Assembly (NCBI RefSeq): GCF_001194135.2
Contig: NC_069003.1
Coordinates: forward strand, 10,353,407 to 10,417,406
DNA from: Octopus bimaculoides
Taxonomy: Eukaryota
DNA: 64,000 nt
Direction of reading: 5' to 3'
Part shown: in pieces, positions 24,394 through 36,320 of the stretch
How the letters are laid out: the number at the start of each line of letters is the position of its first letter
Numbering within the stretch: position 1 is the stretch's first letter
Translations under genes and position numbers: made by a program
The notes under the pieces: model-generated
What the model was told of the DNA's origin: nothing
Databases searched by the model: none
What the model saw: only the letters and a program-made list of their open reading frames with translations

Positions 24394-25440
24394 CAGGGGT
24401 TGGACAAAATAATGGAAACTACTTATAATTTCAAACAAATTAATTTTAATATGGGGTAGAACCGCCTTTGGCAGTAATTACAGCTTGAATTCTATGAGGT
24501 ATGGACTTGTACAAAGTTTGAATTGTTTCCAAAGGAATTTTTGTCCATTCTTCAGCTAAAACAGTCTCCAGTTCTTGTTGTGATGATGGTGGAAGATACC
24601 AACTCTTTACTAGTTTTTCTAAAATGCACCATAAATGTTCAATAATATTGAGATCTGGGGACTGTGGTGGCCAGATAAGATGTTCAACTTCACTAGAATG
24701 TTCCTCGTGCTATTCAGTAACAAATTTAGCTGTGTGAATTGGTGCATTATCATCCTGAAAGATTGCGTTTTCCTCCGGAAACAGTTCTGCAACCATAGGA
24801 TAAATTTGATAAGATAAAATGCTTAAATAGTCTTGACTATTAATTCTGCCATGAAGGGAAACCATTGGGCCGGCAGATTTCCAAGATATAGCTCCCCAGA
24901 TCATCACAGATCCTCCTCCATGTTTAACAGTTGGAAGAAGGCAGTCTGGTTCAAATGCTTCTTTTGGCTGTCTCCACACGTATACTCGGCCGGTGGTCAG
25001 AAATAAGGTAACGGATGGCTCGTCCGAGAAAATAGCATTCTTCCACTGCTCTAGGGACCACTTCTGTAGGTTTTTACTACATTCTAAACGCTTTGCAACG
25101 TTTGTTTTTGAAAGTGGTGGTTTTCTGATTGCAACCCTCCCATGAAATCCGACTTTGTGCAGCTCCCGGTAAACAGTTTTTGTGGAAACTGGGTTCTTGA
25201 GGTGGTCATTAAGCTCTGCATTAATTTTGGGAGATGTACTTTTGTGATCCTTTTAAACAATTCGCGTAAGAGTCTGACGGTCCCTATTTGAAAGTTTTGT
25301 TTTGATGAGGAAGTTTTTCCCTCTTTCTCAAAAGCTGTCATTACTTTCAAGACAGTGCTTCTTGACACACCAAGCATTTCTGCTGTCTTCATTACACTAG
25401 CACCTGCCATACAAGCACCAACAAGATCAACCTTATCTAA
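24394..25440 (-). mobile_element. Tc1 (DD34E) transposon, decayed, one TIR only
   Basis: TIR CAGGGGTTGGACAAAATAATGGAAAC at 24394; minus-strand GASV.KTA..LGVSR.TV HTH, IFSDE, VKHGGGSVMIWG, FQDDNAPIH, WPPQSPDLNIIE; has stop and frameshifts; 5' end missing. Confidence 0.93.
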
Positions 25441-25650
25441 GGGCTGCGATTGGTTGGGTTGCGCTCTAGCGCGCGATTGAACAAGAGACAAAAATACGCC
25501 AACAGGGTCCAAAGATGCGGCCAAAGGCTAGCTGTTATCTGCTACATCTGCACTCATGTATATATAACAGAGAGAGAGAGAGAAGCACGCTACCAATATA
25601 TATAAAAAAAACTCTTTAAACATACTTATATATATATATATATATATATA

Positions 25651-25805
25651 TCGCATGCGTACGAACAGCCATGCTACATGGCAGTGAAACATGGGCTGTA
25701 ACTGCTGAGGACATACGTAAGCTCGCAAGGAATGAAGCCAGTATGCTCCGTTGGATGTGTAATGTCAATGTGAATACCCATCAGAGTGTAAGTATCTTGA
25801 GAGAA
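25651..25805 (+). mobile_element. RTE LINE fragment, inverted near-identical copy of 26823-26977
   Basis: MLHGSETWAVTAEDIRKLARNEASMLRWMC; 155 bp, 2 differences from the minus copy. Confidence 0.9.
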
Positions 25806-26049
25806 TATTTATATTCAGCCTCTTTCTTTTGGCTATTTCATCATGTTGAACTATTAATCCCTACACATTTTTTTCTCTCTCCATTTTTTTTCCCCCTCTC
25901 AATCATTTTGGTCAAAGAGTGTAAGCTTGAAATGTCAAAGACATTTCCATTCTCCCCAAGTATTAAACTAATCCACCTGCTTGTTTTTCCTTCACCTGTT
26001 ATCTTTTGTTTTCTGTAAATTTGATACATACATATATATATATATATAT

Positions 26050-26976
26050 ATCATCATCATCATCATCGTTTAACGTCCGCTTTCCATGCTAGCATGGGTT
26101 GGACGATTTGACTGAGGACTGGTGAAACCGGATGGCAACACCAGGCTCCAATCTAATTTGGCAGTTTCTACAGCTGGATGCCCTTCCTAACGCCAACCAC
26201 TCAGAGAGTGTAGTGGGTGCTTTTACGTGTCACCCGCACGNNNNNNNNNNNNNNNNNNNNNNNNNNNNNNNNNNNNNNNNNNNNNNNNNNNNNNNNNNNN
26301 NNNNNNNNNNNNNNNNNNNNNNNNNNNNNNNNNNNNNNNNNNNNNNNNNNNNNNNNNNNNNNNNNNNNNNNNNNNNNNNNNNNNNNNNNNNNNNNNNNNN
26401 NNNNNNNNNNNNNNNNNNNNNNNNNNNNNNNNNNNNNNNNNNNNNNNNNNNNNNNNNNNNNNNNNNNNNNNNNNNNNNNNNNNNNNNNNNNNNNNNNNNN
26501 NNNNNNNNNNNNNNNNNNNNNNNNNNNNNNNNNNNNNNNNNNNNNNNNNNNNNNNNNNNNNNNNNNNNNNNNNNNNNNNNNNNNNNNNNNNNNNNNNNNN
26601 NNNNNNNNNNNNNNNNNNNNNNNNNNNNNNNNNNNNNNNNNNNNNNNNNNNNNNNNNNNNNNNNNNNNNNNNNNNNNNNNNNNNNNNNNNNNNNNNNNNN
26701 NNNNNNNNNNNTAGGGTGTGGCACTTTTTCACACAGCTATCCTCATCCATTCTCACCACATGTCCATACCAGCGCAATCGTCTCTCTTGCACACCACAAC
26801 TGATGCTTCTAATGTTCAGCTTTTCTCTCAAGATACTTACACTCTGACGGGTATTCACATTGACATTACACATCCAACGGAGCATACTGGCTTCATTCCT
26901 TGCGAGCTTACGTATGTCCTCAGCAGTTACAGCCCATGTTTCACTGCCATGTAGCATGGCTGTTCATACGCATGCG

Positions 26977-26977
<1 letters not shown>
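26050..26977 (-). mobile_element. 5'-truncated RTE LINE (gap 26241-26711 inside)
   Basis: MLHGSETW...RRLRWYGHVVRMDEDSCVKKC; 3' UTR ending ggaaagcggacgttaaacgatgatg. Confidence 0.92.
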
Positions 26978-27016
<39 letters not shown>

Positions 27017-27829
27017 ACATACATACATATATACATACAGAGAGAGAGAGACACACACACATACATGTCTGCTTTTGCCTTGCTAGTATAGGTTGGATAA
27101 AATCTCTGGAACCAGTATTCTATGGTTGGGTACCCTTCCTATCACCAACTCTCACCTGTTTCCAAAGTATCGTAATATTTCCTCATGACCAGACATGTTT
27201 TCACAGAATATTGGAAATGAATGGACAATCATTTACAACTCGCATGATGTCAGGACTAGGAAATACAAACAAACATGCATACATACATCATACATACCTA
27301 TATACATGCATAATAGTAAAACATATTCTCCAGACCTTTTTCCTACCGACTACCTCTTTTTCAAACACCTTGGTTTCCTGCAGAACTATAATATAAAACT
27401 ATAATATAAAATTGTGTTTATTCTTATTTCTCATATATATATATATATATATATATATGGCCTAGTGGTTAGGATGTTGCTCTCACAATTGCGAGATTGT
27501 GATTTCAAATCCTAGACCATGTGGTGCATTGTGTTGTTGAGCAAAACGCTTCCATCTTGCTTTGCTTCGCAATAACTTTGACCCCTGACGACGCATGGTA
27601 CACTGCGCACCTGTTCAGGTAACACCAATTTGATAGAGGGAGTGAGGTAATGTATGGCACGTACATTTGATTACTATAAACAGATCATTTGTGCAGGTTG
27701 TTCGGCAAGAGCTAAACACTCGTATGTCATCTTCAATGGGAGAGCCCATCCTATATGTAACCTACACCAATGTTGCATAACAAGCCCACTCAAAGTACCT
27801 TGGATTGTAGGGCGACATGCCATGCTTGA

Positions 27830-28215
27830 GGGGACCTATTGAGTCAAGTACATCAAAATCAAATCAAATCACAATCAAATGGAAATTGTAGTTGTGGTCC
27901 CCATGCCAGTGGCACATAAAAAGCACCATCAAAACATGGTCAATACCAGTGTCACCTTCACTGGCTTCTGTGCTGGTGGCATGTAAAAATCACCATCCGA
28001 TCATGGTCGATGCCAGCCCCCTCTGGCCCCTGTGCCAGTGGCACATAAAAAAAAGCACCCACTACACTCTCGGAATAGTTGGCGTTAGGAAGGGTATCCA
28101 GCTGTAGAAACACTCCCAGATCAGACTGGAGCCTGGTGCAGTCTCCTGGCTTCCCAGACCCCAGTTCAACCGTCCAACCCATGGCAGCATGGAAAACAGA
28201 CATTAAACGATAATG
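27830..28215 (+). mobile_element. RTE 3' UTR copy
   Basis: ggcgttaggaaggg..tccagctgtagaaac and taaacgataatgat tail. Confidence 0.85.
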
Positions 28216-28281
28216 ATAGATCGTTGACCAAACACCATTCAATTTTTTTTCTCCATGTTTTTCTCCTTGTTTTCTCCATAT

Positions 28282-28318
28282 TCTTTCTGTTGAAGAGCGT
28301 AGCTCGAAACGTTAAAGA
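28282..28318 (+). ncRNA. Isolated hammerhead-like motif, same family as 11644
   Basis: tcttt CTGTTGAA GAGC gta GCTC GAAAC GTT aaaga; 5-bp stem I. Confidence 0.45.
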
Positions 28319-29289
28319 CTTTCAGTATTCCCGAGCATCAAACTAATNNNNNNNNNNNNNNNNNNNNNNNNNNNNNNNNNNNNNNNNNNNNNNNNNNNNN
28401 NNNNNNNNNNNNNNNNNNNNNNNNNNNNNNNNNNNNNNNNNNNNNNNNNNNNNNNNNNNNNNNNNNNNNNNNNNNNNNNNNNNNNNNNNNNNNNNNNNNN
28501 NNNNNNNNNNNNNNNNNNNNNNNNNNNNNNNNNNNNNNNNNNNNNNNNNNNNNNNNNNNNNNNNNNNNNNNNNNNNNNNNNNNNNNNNNNNNNNNNNNNN
28601 NNNNNNNNNNNNNNNNNNNNNNNNNNNNNNNNNNNNNNNNNNNNNNNNNNNNNNNNNNNNNNNNNNNNNNNNNNNNNNNNNNNNNNNNNNNNNNNNNNNN
28701 NNNNNNNNNNNNNNNNNNNNNNNNNNNNNNNNNNNNNNNNNNNNNNNNNNNNNNNNNNNNNNNNNNNNNNNNNNNNNNNNNNNNNNNNNNNNNNNNNNNN
28801 NNNNNNNNNNNNNNNNNNNNNNNNNNNNNNNNNNNNNNNNNNNNNNNNNNNNNNNNNNNNNNNNNNNNNNNNNNNNNNNNNNNNNNNNNNNNNNNNNNNN
28901 NNNNNNNNNNNNNNNNNNNNNNNNNNNNNNNNNNNNNNNNNNNNNNNNNNNNNNNNNNNNNNNNNNNNNNNNNNNNNNNNNNNNNNNNNNNNNNNNNNNN
29001 NNNNNNNNNNNNNNNNNNNNNNNNNNNNNNNNNNNNNNNNNNNNNNNNNNNNNNNNNNNNNNNNNNNTATATATAAAATTTAGATTCAAGGTGAATATGG
29101 TACTTAAGTTTAGGCACCAGAATTAAGTATGGTATTATCCATACAATTCCAAAATAAGGTGTTTAAAATCAAAATAAGCAACAAAATCAAACTTCTAGAT
29201 CAAGTTATGAAGATCTTTGGGAAAGTCATTGCCCAATTGATCTGTGATTGATTAAACCTGGATGAGGTTCAGTTCTGCCTTGTCTCTGG

Positions 29290-29660
29290 AAAAAGCTTCC
29301 TCTTGAGCCAGCTACAGGAGAACTACCTGGCTAAGAATAAACCACTACACTTAGCTTTCATTGATTTGGAGAAAGCTTTTGACAAGGTACCACTTTCAGT
29401 AATCTTGTAAGCTCTGAGGAAACTAGGAATAGATGATTGGTTTGTGCTGACTGTTCAAGCTGTCTACAAGGATGCAGGAAGTGGAGTGAGAGCTAGCAGT
29501 GACTTTATTGATGAATTTAGCCTGAAGGTAGGAGTCCATCAGGATTCAGCCCTCACTCCTTTCTTATTTGCCAGGAAATTTCTGTATGCTGATGATTAGT
29601 TCTCATAGCTGAATCCATAGTGGAATTAGAGAAGAAATTCCAGGCATGGAAGCTAAACCT
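29290..29660 (+). mobile_element. RTE LINE reverse transcriptase fragment
   Basis: QLQENYLAKNKPLHLAFIDLEKAFDKVP, VGVHQDSALTPFLF, degenerate YADD. Confidence 0.88.
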
Positions 29661-29679
29661 TGCTGCCTTAATAATAATA

Positions 29680-29890
29680 ATAATTTCTACTAAAGGCACA
29701 AGGCCTGAAGTTTGGGGGAAAGGACTAGACAATTGGATCGATCCCCACTGTTTCACTGGTACCTAATTTGACTCTGAAATGAATGAAAAGCAAAGTCAAC
29801 CCCGGTGGCATTTGAACTCAGAATGTAAAGACGGACAAAATACTGCTAAGCATTTTGCCTGGTGTGCTAACGATTCTGCCAGCTTGCTAC
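29680..29890 (-). mobile_element. Family B SINE
   Basis: Core and head as above. Confidence 0.75.
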
Positions 29891-30406
29891 CTTGTTTTTT
29901 TTTTTTTCTTTTTCATATCCTTATCTTGACACACATGATGGTTGTAAACAAGTATAACCACATCCTTACATTGTTCAGTATTTCCTTACTTTTTTTTTCA
30001 TTTTGTAAGACAGTTGAGGGAAATTTGGTTGCTATCTCAACAAGCTGGTCAAGTAACTACACTGTGTTTTTTTTGTTTGTTTGTTTTTTTTTGCTGGTTC
30101 ATGTAACGATATCATCATCATTCAGTTTTTTACATGTTTTCCCTACATGGATTGATGGGGTTTTGCCTCAGACTGGGTGCATTTTAGCATTTTATTGACT
30201 GTGTTATTGATACAAATGTTAGCTATGGCACGAGTTAAGAGCCCCTTCTAAACTCCCACTTGTGCTGCAAGCTTTTTAATTTCAAGGTTCTGAGAAATGA
30301 AGACCAAGACTAGTTTTTTTTTTCCTTTTAGCTGCTTCTCTTACTATCTCACAATTTCAATTATGTTTTATTCTTATTTTGTTGGGGTTTTTTTTGTTTT
30401 TTGCAG

Positions 30407-30475
30407 GACCTTACGATGATAGAGGATTTGCATCGCTGTAAAGTAATTTTGGAGCGATATCAATGGAATATAGAG
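30407..30475 (+). CDS. FAF2: FAF2 exon 2 (UBA-like)
   Basis: tgcAG/GTaact; DLTMIEDLHRCKVILERYQWNIE vs DLTGIESMDQCRHTLEQHNWNIE. Confidence 0.95.
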
Positions 30476-30544
30476 GTAACTAAATGTTTCTATGGAAACC
30501 CTTTCTCTGTTTTCAGTGCTATGTATAAACCACAAACCACTTCT

Positions 30545-30900
30545 GCCTACCAATCAATCGATCAATAAGCCAACCAGCAGATCATGATGGATAGTAGGAA
30601 GTTAAGTAGAACTGGAGGCAGTATTTTCACCAGATTGACGGGACTTTGCACCAGCCACTGATTTGGTCTGTGGCATTCAGCAAGCTGTCCCTCAGGAATT
30701 CCCAGTTGCCATCTGTCACAAGTCTGTAGCTCCTCCTCCCATTTCATCAAATTTCTCAATTAGGGTGTCCCTAAATCTCTGATCATATGAAGGGTCCTTA
30801 AGCTCCCCAATCCTTCTTTTCCAGATTGGTTTACTTCTTGACATCATTCTGGCCTGGAGTCTAAAATTGCTAATGACTAGTCTATGCTGGTGAAGTACAT
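30545..30900 (-). mobile_element. RTE LINE EN-RT linker fragment
   Basis: QHRLVISNFRLQAR...WKRRIGELKDP...QRFRD. Confidence 0.65.
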
Positions 30901-31116
30901 TCTTCACCAGGGGTGGGTCTTTGTATTTAGGAGCAACCATGCATCCTGCTGTCTGGTCTTGTCTTTTTTTTTTTTAACTTCAATTAAAAATGAGAACAAA
31001 CAACAGCTCTCAGCAACACTTTTAACTATGAGTCCTAAACAGTGCAATGTGATCAGTCCTCTATTTTTAATATTTTTATGTTATTTTCCTACACGTGTTA
31101 TTCATTACTGTTTTAA

Positions 31117-31676
31117 CCCTTTAGCACAGAGGTTCTCAACCATTTTTTATTTATGGACCCCTTTGATTACTATTTTATTCTGGTGGACCCCCAGTCATTC
31201 AATGTTCAAAAATTAGTTTTATAGAAACTTCTTTCAAAATTCCTATTTTGTTTTACACGCATTAACCTCTGTAATTTGAACTATGTAAAAATGTTAGAGA
31301 AACAAACCGAGCTGTTGCTTGCATTACATAGTAATACATACACCTATAAAACTAAATTTTTTTCAACGGCCCTTTAAAATACTATTGTGGATCCCAAATT
31401 TACTATTTTGTTGCATGGACCCCCAAAAATCTTATATAGACCCCGGTTGAGAACTTCTGCTTTAGCATTTAAACTAGCTATATCCAGCCTAAAATTTTCT
31501 TCACGGTTTACGTTCAAACTGGCTAGATCTGGCCTCTCACATCTACCTAACAATATCACTAAAAATAAGCAATCACATCATTGAAAAATCAAGGTTACGT
31601 GATAATGCATGATTGTTTCAAACCAATATGAATATCTAAGCATTGCATTTGACAGAGTAATCTGAACACTAAAGGG
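31117..31676 (-). mobile_element. piggyBac-like MITE family E, interrupted in its TIR
   Basis: TTAA-CCCTTTAGCA...CTAAAGGG-TTAA. Confidence 0.85.
31127..31459. mobile_element. hAT MITE inserted in the family E TIR
   Basis: Perfect 8-bp TSD CTTTAGCA; TIR CAGAGGTTCTCAACC / GGTTGAGAACTTCTG. Confidence 0.92.
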
Positions 31677-32257
31677 TTAATGTGGAGGGTTCTGTGGAGA
31701 TTACATTTAGGCTATTTTCGGTATACCGGGAACACGGTGTGATAGGATTAAAACATCTGACAAATGGGTCAGTGTTGAATTAGCAATGCCAAATAGGCAG
31801 GGCCAAAATGACTGTGCTGAAACCTCTGACTCCTCAAGGCGGTGGTGTACAGTAGGATTGAACTCAGAACCATTTCACTGCAAACCACACAGCCATGTTT
31901 GTGCTCATATACACTCATGCACATACCTACACGCATGCATGCAGCTAACAACATCTGGCATTCCGTTGGTTACGACAGCAAAGGTTCCCTTTGATCTGAT
32001 CAACAATACAGTCTGTTTGTGAAGTTAACATGCATATAGGTGAGCACTGCACAGACATGCATACCCACTGCACTGCACCTTGGGCAAGTGTCTTCTTGTC
32101 CAAGCCCTGCAAGTGGAGTTGATGTAAAAGATACTTGGAAATACCCAACTTTACAACTTTCTAGAACTTAGTTCTCAGGGAGAGTCAGCATCATACAGAA
32201 TGTGACAAGGCTGGTCCTTTGAAATACAGGTACAACTAATTTTTGCCAGCTGAGTGG

Positions 32258-32590
32258 CAAAACATTGAGCGCGATCGTTTCCAGCTTTGCCTTACTGGCA
32301 CTCGTGCTGGTGGCATGTGAACAAAACATTGGACTGACTCCTGTGCAGGTGGCACGTAAAAAAACACCATTTGAGCGTGGCCGTTGCCAGTACCGCCAGA
32401 CTGACCCTTGCGCCGGTGGCACGTAAAAAGCACCCACTACACTCTCGGAGTGGTTGGCGTCAGGAAGGGCATCCAGCTGTAGAAACTTTGCCAGATCAGA
32501 TTGGAGTCTGGTGTAGCCATCTGGTTCGCTAGTCTGCAGTGAAATCGTCCAACCCATGCTAGCATGGAAAGCGGACGTTAAATGATGAAG
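32258..32590 (+). mobile_element. RTE 3' UTR copy nested in a minus-strand SINE (31960-32690)
   Basis: SINE sequence breaks at gctgagtgg and resumes after the aaatgatga tail. Confidence 0.75.
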
Positions 32591-32796
32591 CAATGTGAAA
32601 TGAAATGGCTTACTCAAGGACACAACACACCGCCAGGAATTGAACACATGACCTTACAGTTGTGGGCCAAATACTCCTAACCACTGTCACACACACACAC
32701 ACACACACACACACATGCATGCATATACAGATGCTTTGATATGCTGTTTCCTTTATTGTTTTCATATCGTGGCTCTCTATCATTTTTTACTTCCAG

Positions 32797-32918
32797 TCAG
32801 CTGTCACAGACACACTAAACGAACGTGATGTCGTGGATGCCCATTTTTCAACCCCGGTCCAACCGAATAACACTGAACCTCGGATGCCAAGCATGAACTT
32901 AACACCCCGAGACCAACA
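32797..32918 (+). CDS. FAF2: FAF2 exon 3
   Basis: ttccAG/GTaagt; SAVTDTLNERDVVDAHFSTPVQP... vs AAVQDRLNEQEG; phase 0 to 2. Confidence 0.88.
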
Positions 32919-33287
32919 GTAAGTTCAATTCCAACCTCTGTGTTCAAATATGCATTTGAATTTACTGTATTTAATCATGTATGAGTCCTACCCCTAATAT
33001 AGTGTTAAATCTTGGTTCAAAATTTTTCCCCTTCATATTCAAACTTACCTCGTATATAAACTGCACCCCAGTTTTTAGAGTTAAAACCAGGTATATCTAT
33101 ATTAGTGCTACCTATAAGTGAGTAAATCTATCATCCTCTCTCCCTTTCTCTCATTCCTCCACTTTTATTCATTTCCATATCTTTAATCATAATATAAGTG
33201 TGTTTTTTTTTGTCTGTCTTGCTGCCATTTTAAATTCTTAATTTAATGCCTTTTTTTTTTTTTTTTTCCTGCCACTTTCTCTTCCAG

Positions 33288-33403
33288 TGTCTATGTAACC
33301 ACATCATCAGGCCCCCAAGGAGTAGTGCAATGGATGTCGTATGCATTCATGCTTCCATTTCGATATTTTTTCACCACAGTTTTCAATATTTTAAAATTTG
33401 CAT
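33288..33403 (+). CDS. FAF2: FAF2 exon 4 (hydrophobic hairpin)
   Basis: ttccAG/GTaagt; VYVTTSSGPQGVVQWMSYAFMLPFRYFFTTVFNILKFA vs GLLGWGYYLIMLPFRF; phase 2 to 1. Confidence 0.93.
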
Positions 33404-33429
33404 GTAAGTATTCAACTAACTCTCCAATA

Positions 33430-33643
33430 CTCTCTTTACTCTTACTGCTTTACTTGTTTCAGTCATTTGACTGTAGCCATGCTGGAGCACCGCCTTTAGT
33501 TGAGCAAAGCGACCCTAGACTTATTCTTTGTAAGCCTAGTACTTATTCTATCGGTCTCTTTTGCCGAACCACTAAGTTACGGGGACGTAAACACACCAGC
33601 ATCGGTTGTCAAGTGATGTTGGGGGGACAAACATATACACACG

Positions 33644-33689
<46 letters not shown>

Positions 33690-33745
33690 ACAGGCTTCTT
33701 TCAGTTTCCGTCTACCAAATCCACTCACAAGGCTTTGGTCAGCCC
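33430..33745 (-). mobile_element. Family A SINE (headless)
   Basis: Near-consensus body with central (TA)n. Confidence 0.85.
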
Positions 33746-34147
33746 GAATGGGAATGAACCCAGTGGGAATGAACCCAGAACATTTTTAAAAGATTTTTTA
33801 GATTACATTAAAAAAAAAAAGAAATTTCCCCCTCGTTAGTCTTCTATGCTTACAGGTTATGCTGGTTTGAAAATTAGTGCATATATTGCCATTTGTCTTA
33901 ATACAAGTCCACTGACAGCTTAACTGATAAGTTATCAAGTATAGAGAACAGTGGAGAGCCTGCAGTTTGTATCCTGTCATTGACACTGTACTGTGTTCTT
34001 ACCCAACATAACAACTTCTATAGGTAAAGCCAAAAGGGTTGAATCCAACTGGTCTCATTTAACCTTTCCTATTGACATAAAACTAGGCAAGATGTTGGGT
34101 CACCCTGCTTTCATTTATTCAATTCCTTGCCATTAATACATCTATCT

Positions 34148-34345
34148 ACATCATCATCATCGTTTAACGTCTACTTTCCATGCTAGCATGGGTTGGACGA
34201 TATGACTGAGGACTGGCAAGCCAGAAGGCTGCACCAGGCTCCAATCTGATTTGGCAGTTTCTACAGCTGGATGCCCTTCCTAACGCCAACCACTCAGAGA
34301 GTGTAGTGGGTGCTTTTTACGTGCCACCAGTACGAAGGCCAATCT
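34148..34345 (-). mobile_element. RTE 3' UTR copy
   Basis: Same tail motif. Confidence 0.85.
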
Positions 34346-34479
34346 ATCTAATATATATATATAGTATGAGTGAGTGGACAAACAAAAAAAAAGACACACT
34401 CAACACATTTGATTCAGACTCCATGCAACTTTAATTGCACGGGGTCAAATCAAATTATTTTAAATAATCACACACACAC

Positions 34480-34812
34480 GTAGGGTATAAACCCTCTTTG
34501 TTCATGAATGATCATGGAATTGTACCTAGAAAGTTAACCCTCCAAGGTACAAACCTGGACAAGGTTGTTTATGGAAGACCAGCAGTTGTCCATGTATACC
34601 AGCCTCTCCTCTCCATGCCACAGATATTATCCAAGGGAAAGGCAAACACCTATACGGTTTGGCACCCATGACATTGCAACTCGTTTCTGCAGCTGAGTGA
34701 AGTGGAGCAATGTGAAATTAAAGTGTCTTGCTCAAGAACACAACACTCTGCCTGGTCCAGGAATCAAACTCACTACCTCATGATTGTAAACTCAACTCTC
34801 TAACCACTGGAC
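34480..34812 (-). mobile_element. Family H SINE
   Basis: ggttgtttatggaagaccagcagt body, also at 46890-47200; tRNA-like head at right end. Confidence 0.75.
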
Positions 34813-35006
34813 CTTTGCCTTTCCCTTGGATAGCATTGGTGGAAAGGGTTATTATTTCTGGAAGTTCAACCTTGTGAAGGAGATGGTGTTTTGAGGTAGA
34901 ACTTGTCCAACCCATGCCAGCATAGAAAAACGGATAATGCATGCATTCAGACATATAACGATGTATATTATCTGTTTTGCTAATTAGTATTTCTTTCCTT
35001 TTCCAG

Positions 35007-35036
35007 ACAGACTGTTTTGGCCAGACCCAAGACAAA
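35007..35036 (+). CDS. FAF2: FAF2 exon 5 (30-nt microexon)
   Basis: ttccAG/GTaagt; YRLFWPDPRQ vs LRFIRPDPRS; phase 1 to 1. Confidence 0.88.
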
Positions 35037-35436
35037 GTAAGTACTTCTTTCTAGACTATTTTCACTGTCACATTTTATTTTTACAGTCCAACGTTGTCAG
35101 GAAATGGAAATTTGTCTGTTGATATTTAGCCCACAATCCAACTGACTACTAGCAGAGAAGTTCCTTCCATAACCATCCTGTCAGTTTTTTGCTTTTTTGC
35201 AGAATTACGTTATGTAATACCTCTTTTATTCTTTTCATTATTTAATATATTTTCCAAGACACCACGGTTTAATTTTAGGGAGAATTGGCTGCAAATTAAG
35301 TAACCATATAGAGGTTTCCCTTTTGTCACTTTATTGCTGTTATAGTTGAGTGACCATTCTCACCCCCTGGCTGATGTTGAGCTGTAAATACACATAACAT
35401 TTGCACATGGTCACCAGATTTGGTTGTTATTGTTGG

Positions 35437-35800
35437 CACTCCGTCGCTTACGACGTCAAGGGTTCCAGTTGATCCGATCAATGGAATAGCCTGCTCATGA
35501 AATTAACATGCAATCTCTGAGCACTCCACAGACACATGTACCCTTAACGTAGTTCTCGGGGATATTCAGCGTGACACACAGTGTGACAAGGCTGACCCTT
35601 TGAATTATAGGCAGTAAGAGTGAGAGAAAGTTGTGGTGAAAGAGTACAGCAGGGTTCGCCACCATCCCCTGCCGGAGCTTCATGGAGCTTTAGGTGTTTT
35701 CGCTCAATAAACACTCACAATGCCCGGTCTGGGAATCGAAACCACGATCCTATAACCGCGAGTCCGCTGCCCTCACCACTGGACCATTGCGCCTCCACTA
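35437..35800 (-). mobile_element. Family C SINE, full length
   Basis: Head ggcgcaatggtccagtgg with GTTTCGATTCC; tail gaactacgttaagggtac. Confidence 0.88.
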
Positions 35801-35879
35801 CACCAGATTTGGTATGCACGCACAAACACATATGTATGTATGATGGACTCTCCCTTCGGTTTTGATGTACGAGGATCCA

Positions 35880-36320
35880 ACAACTTACACTTTGTCAGTC
35901 ACAATGCTTATGCTGAATGTGACATTTAAGTCCTGCCAACAATTTGCAAAGAAGCCCACAGATGTCGTGAGTATGAAGATTAGGGGTTAGTGCAGGTGGT
36001 GTACTTGCAGCCACTTTTCTCCATTGCCTTGCACCCCCAAGCCTGTTAATGCTGGTTAAAACGAAGTTTCTAATACCTCTTTGACATGATGTTACCCATT
36101 TTGTTTGCTTCAAAGGTGTTGTGAGCTATATCGATTGCTGAGAAGTTACTTTTCAGGTTGTCCTTATAGCTGAGCCATGGTTGACCAACATACCTGTGCC
36201 CACTATCAAGCTGGCTGTACATGAGGACTTGGGGTATTCTTTCATCACTCATTCTGACAACATGCTCAGCCCAGCGCAATTGCAGCTGCATGAAGAAGCT
36301 TTCAATTTCACCTATCTTAC
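35880..36320 (-). mobile_element. RTE/BovB-like LINE fragment
   Basis: QLRWAEHVVRMSDERIPQVLMYSQL...GQPWLSYKDNLK. Confidence 0.85.

Noticed and set aside
24394-25440. Domesticated or active Tc1 transposase
   Set aside because: Internal stop (VTE*), frameshifts, and missing 5' end and TIR.
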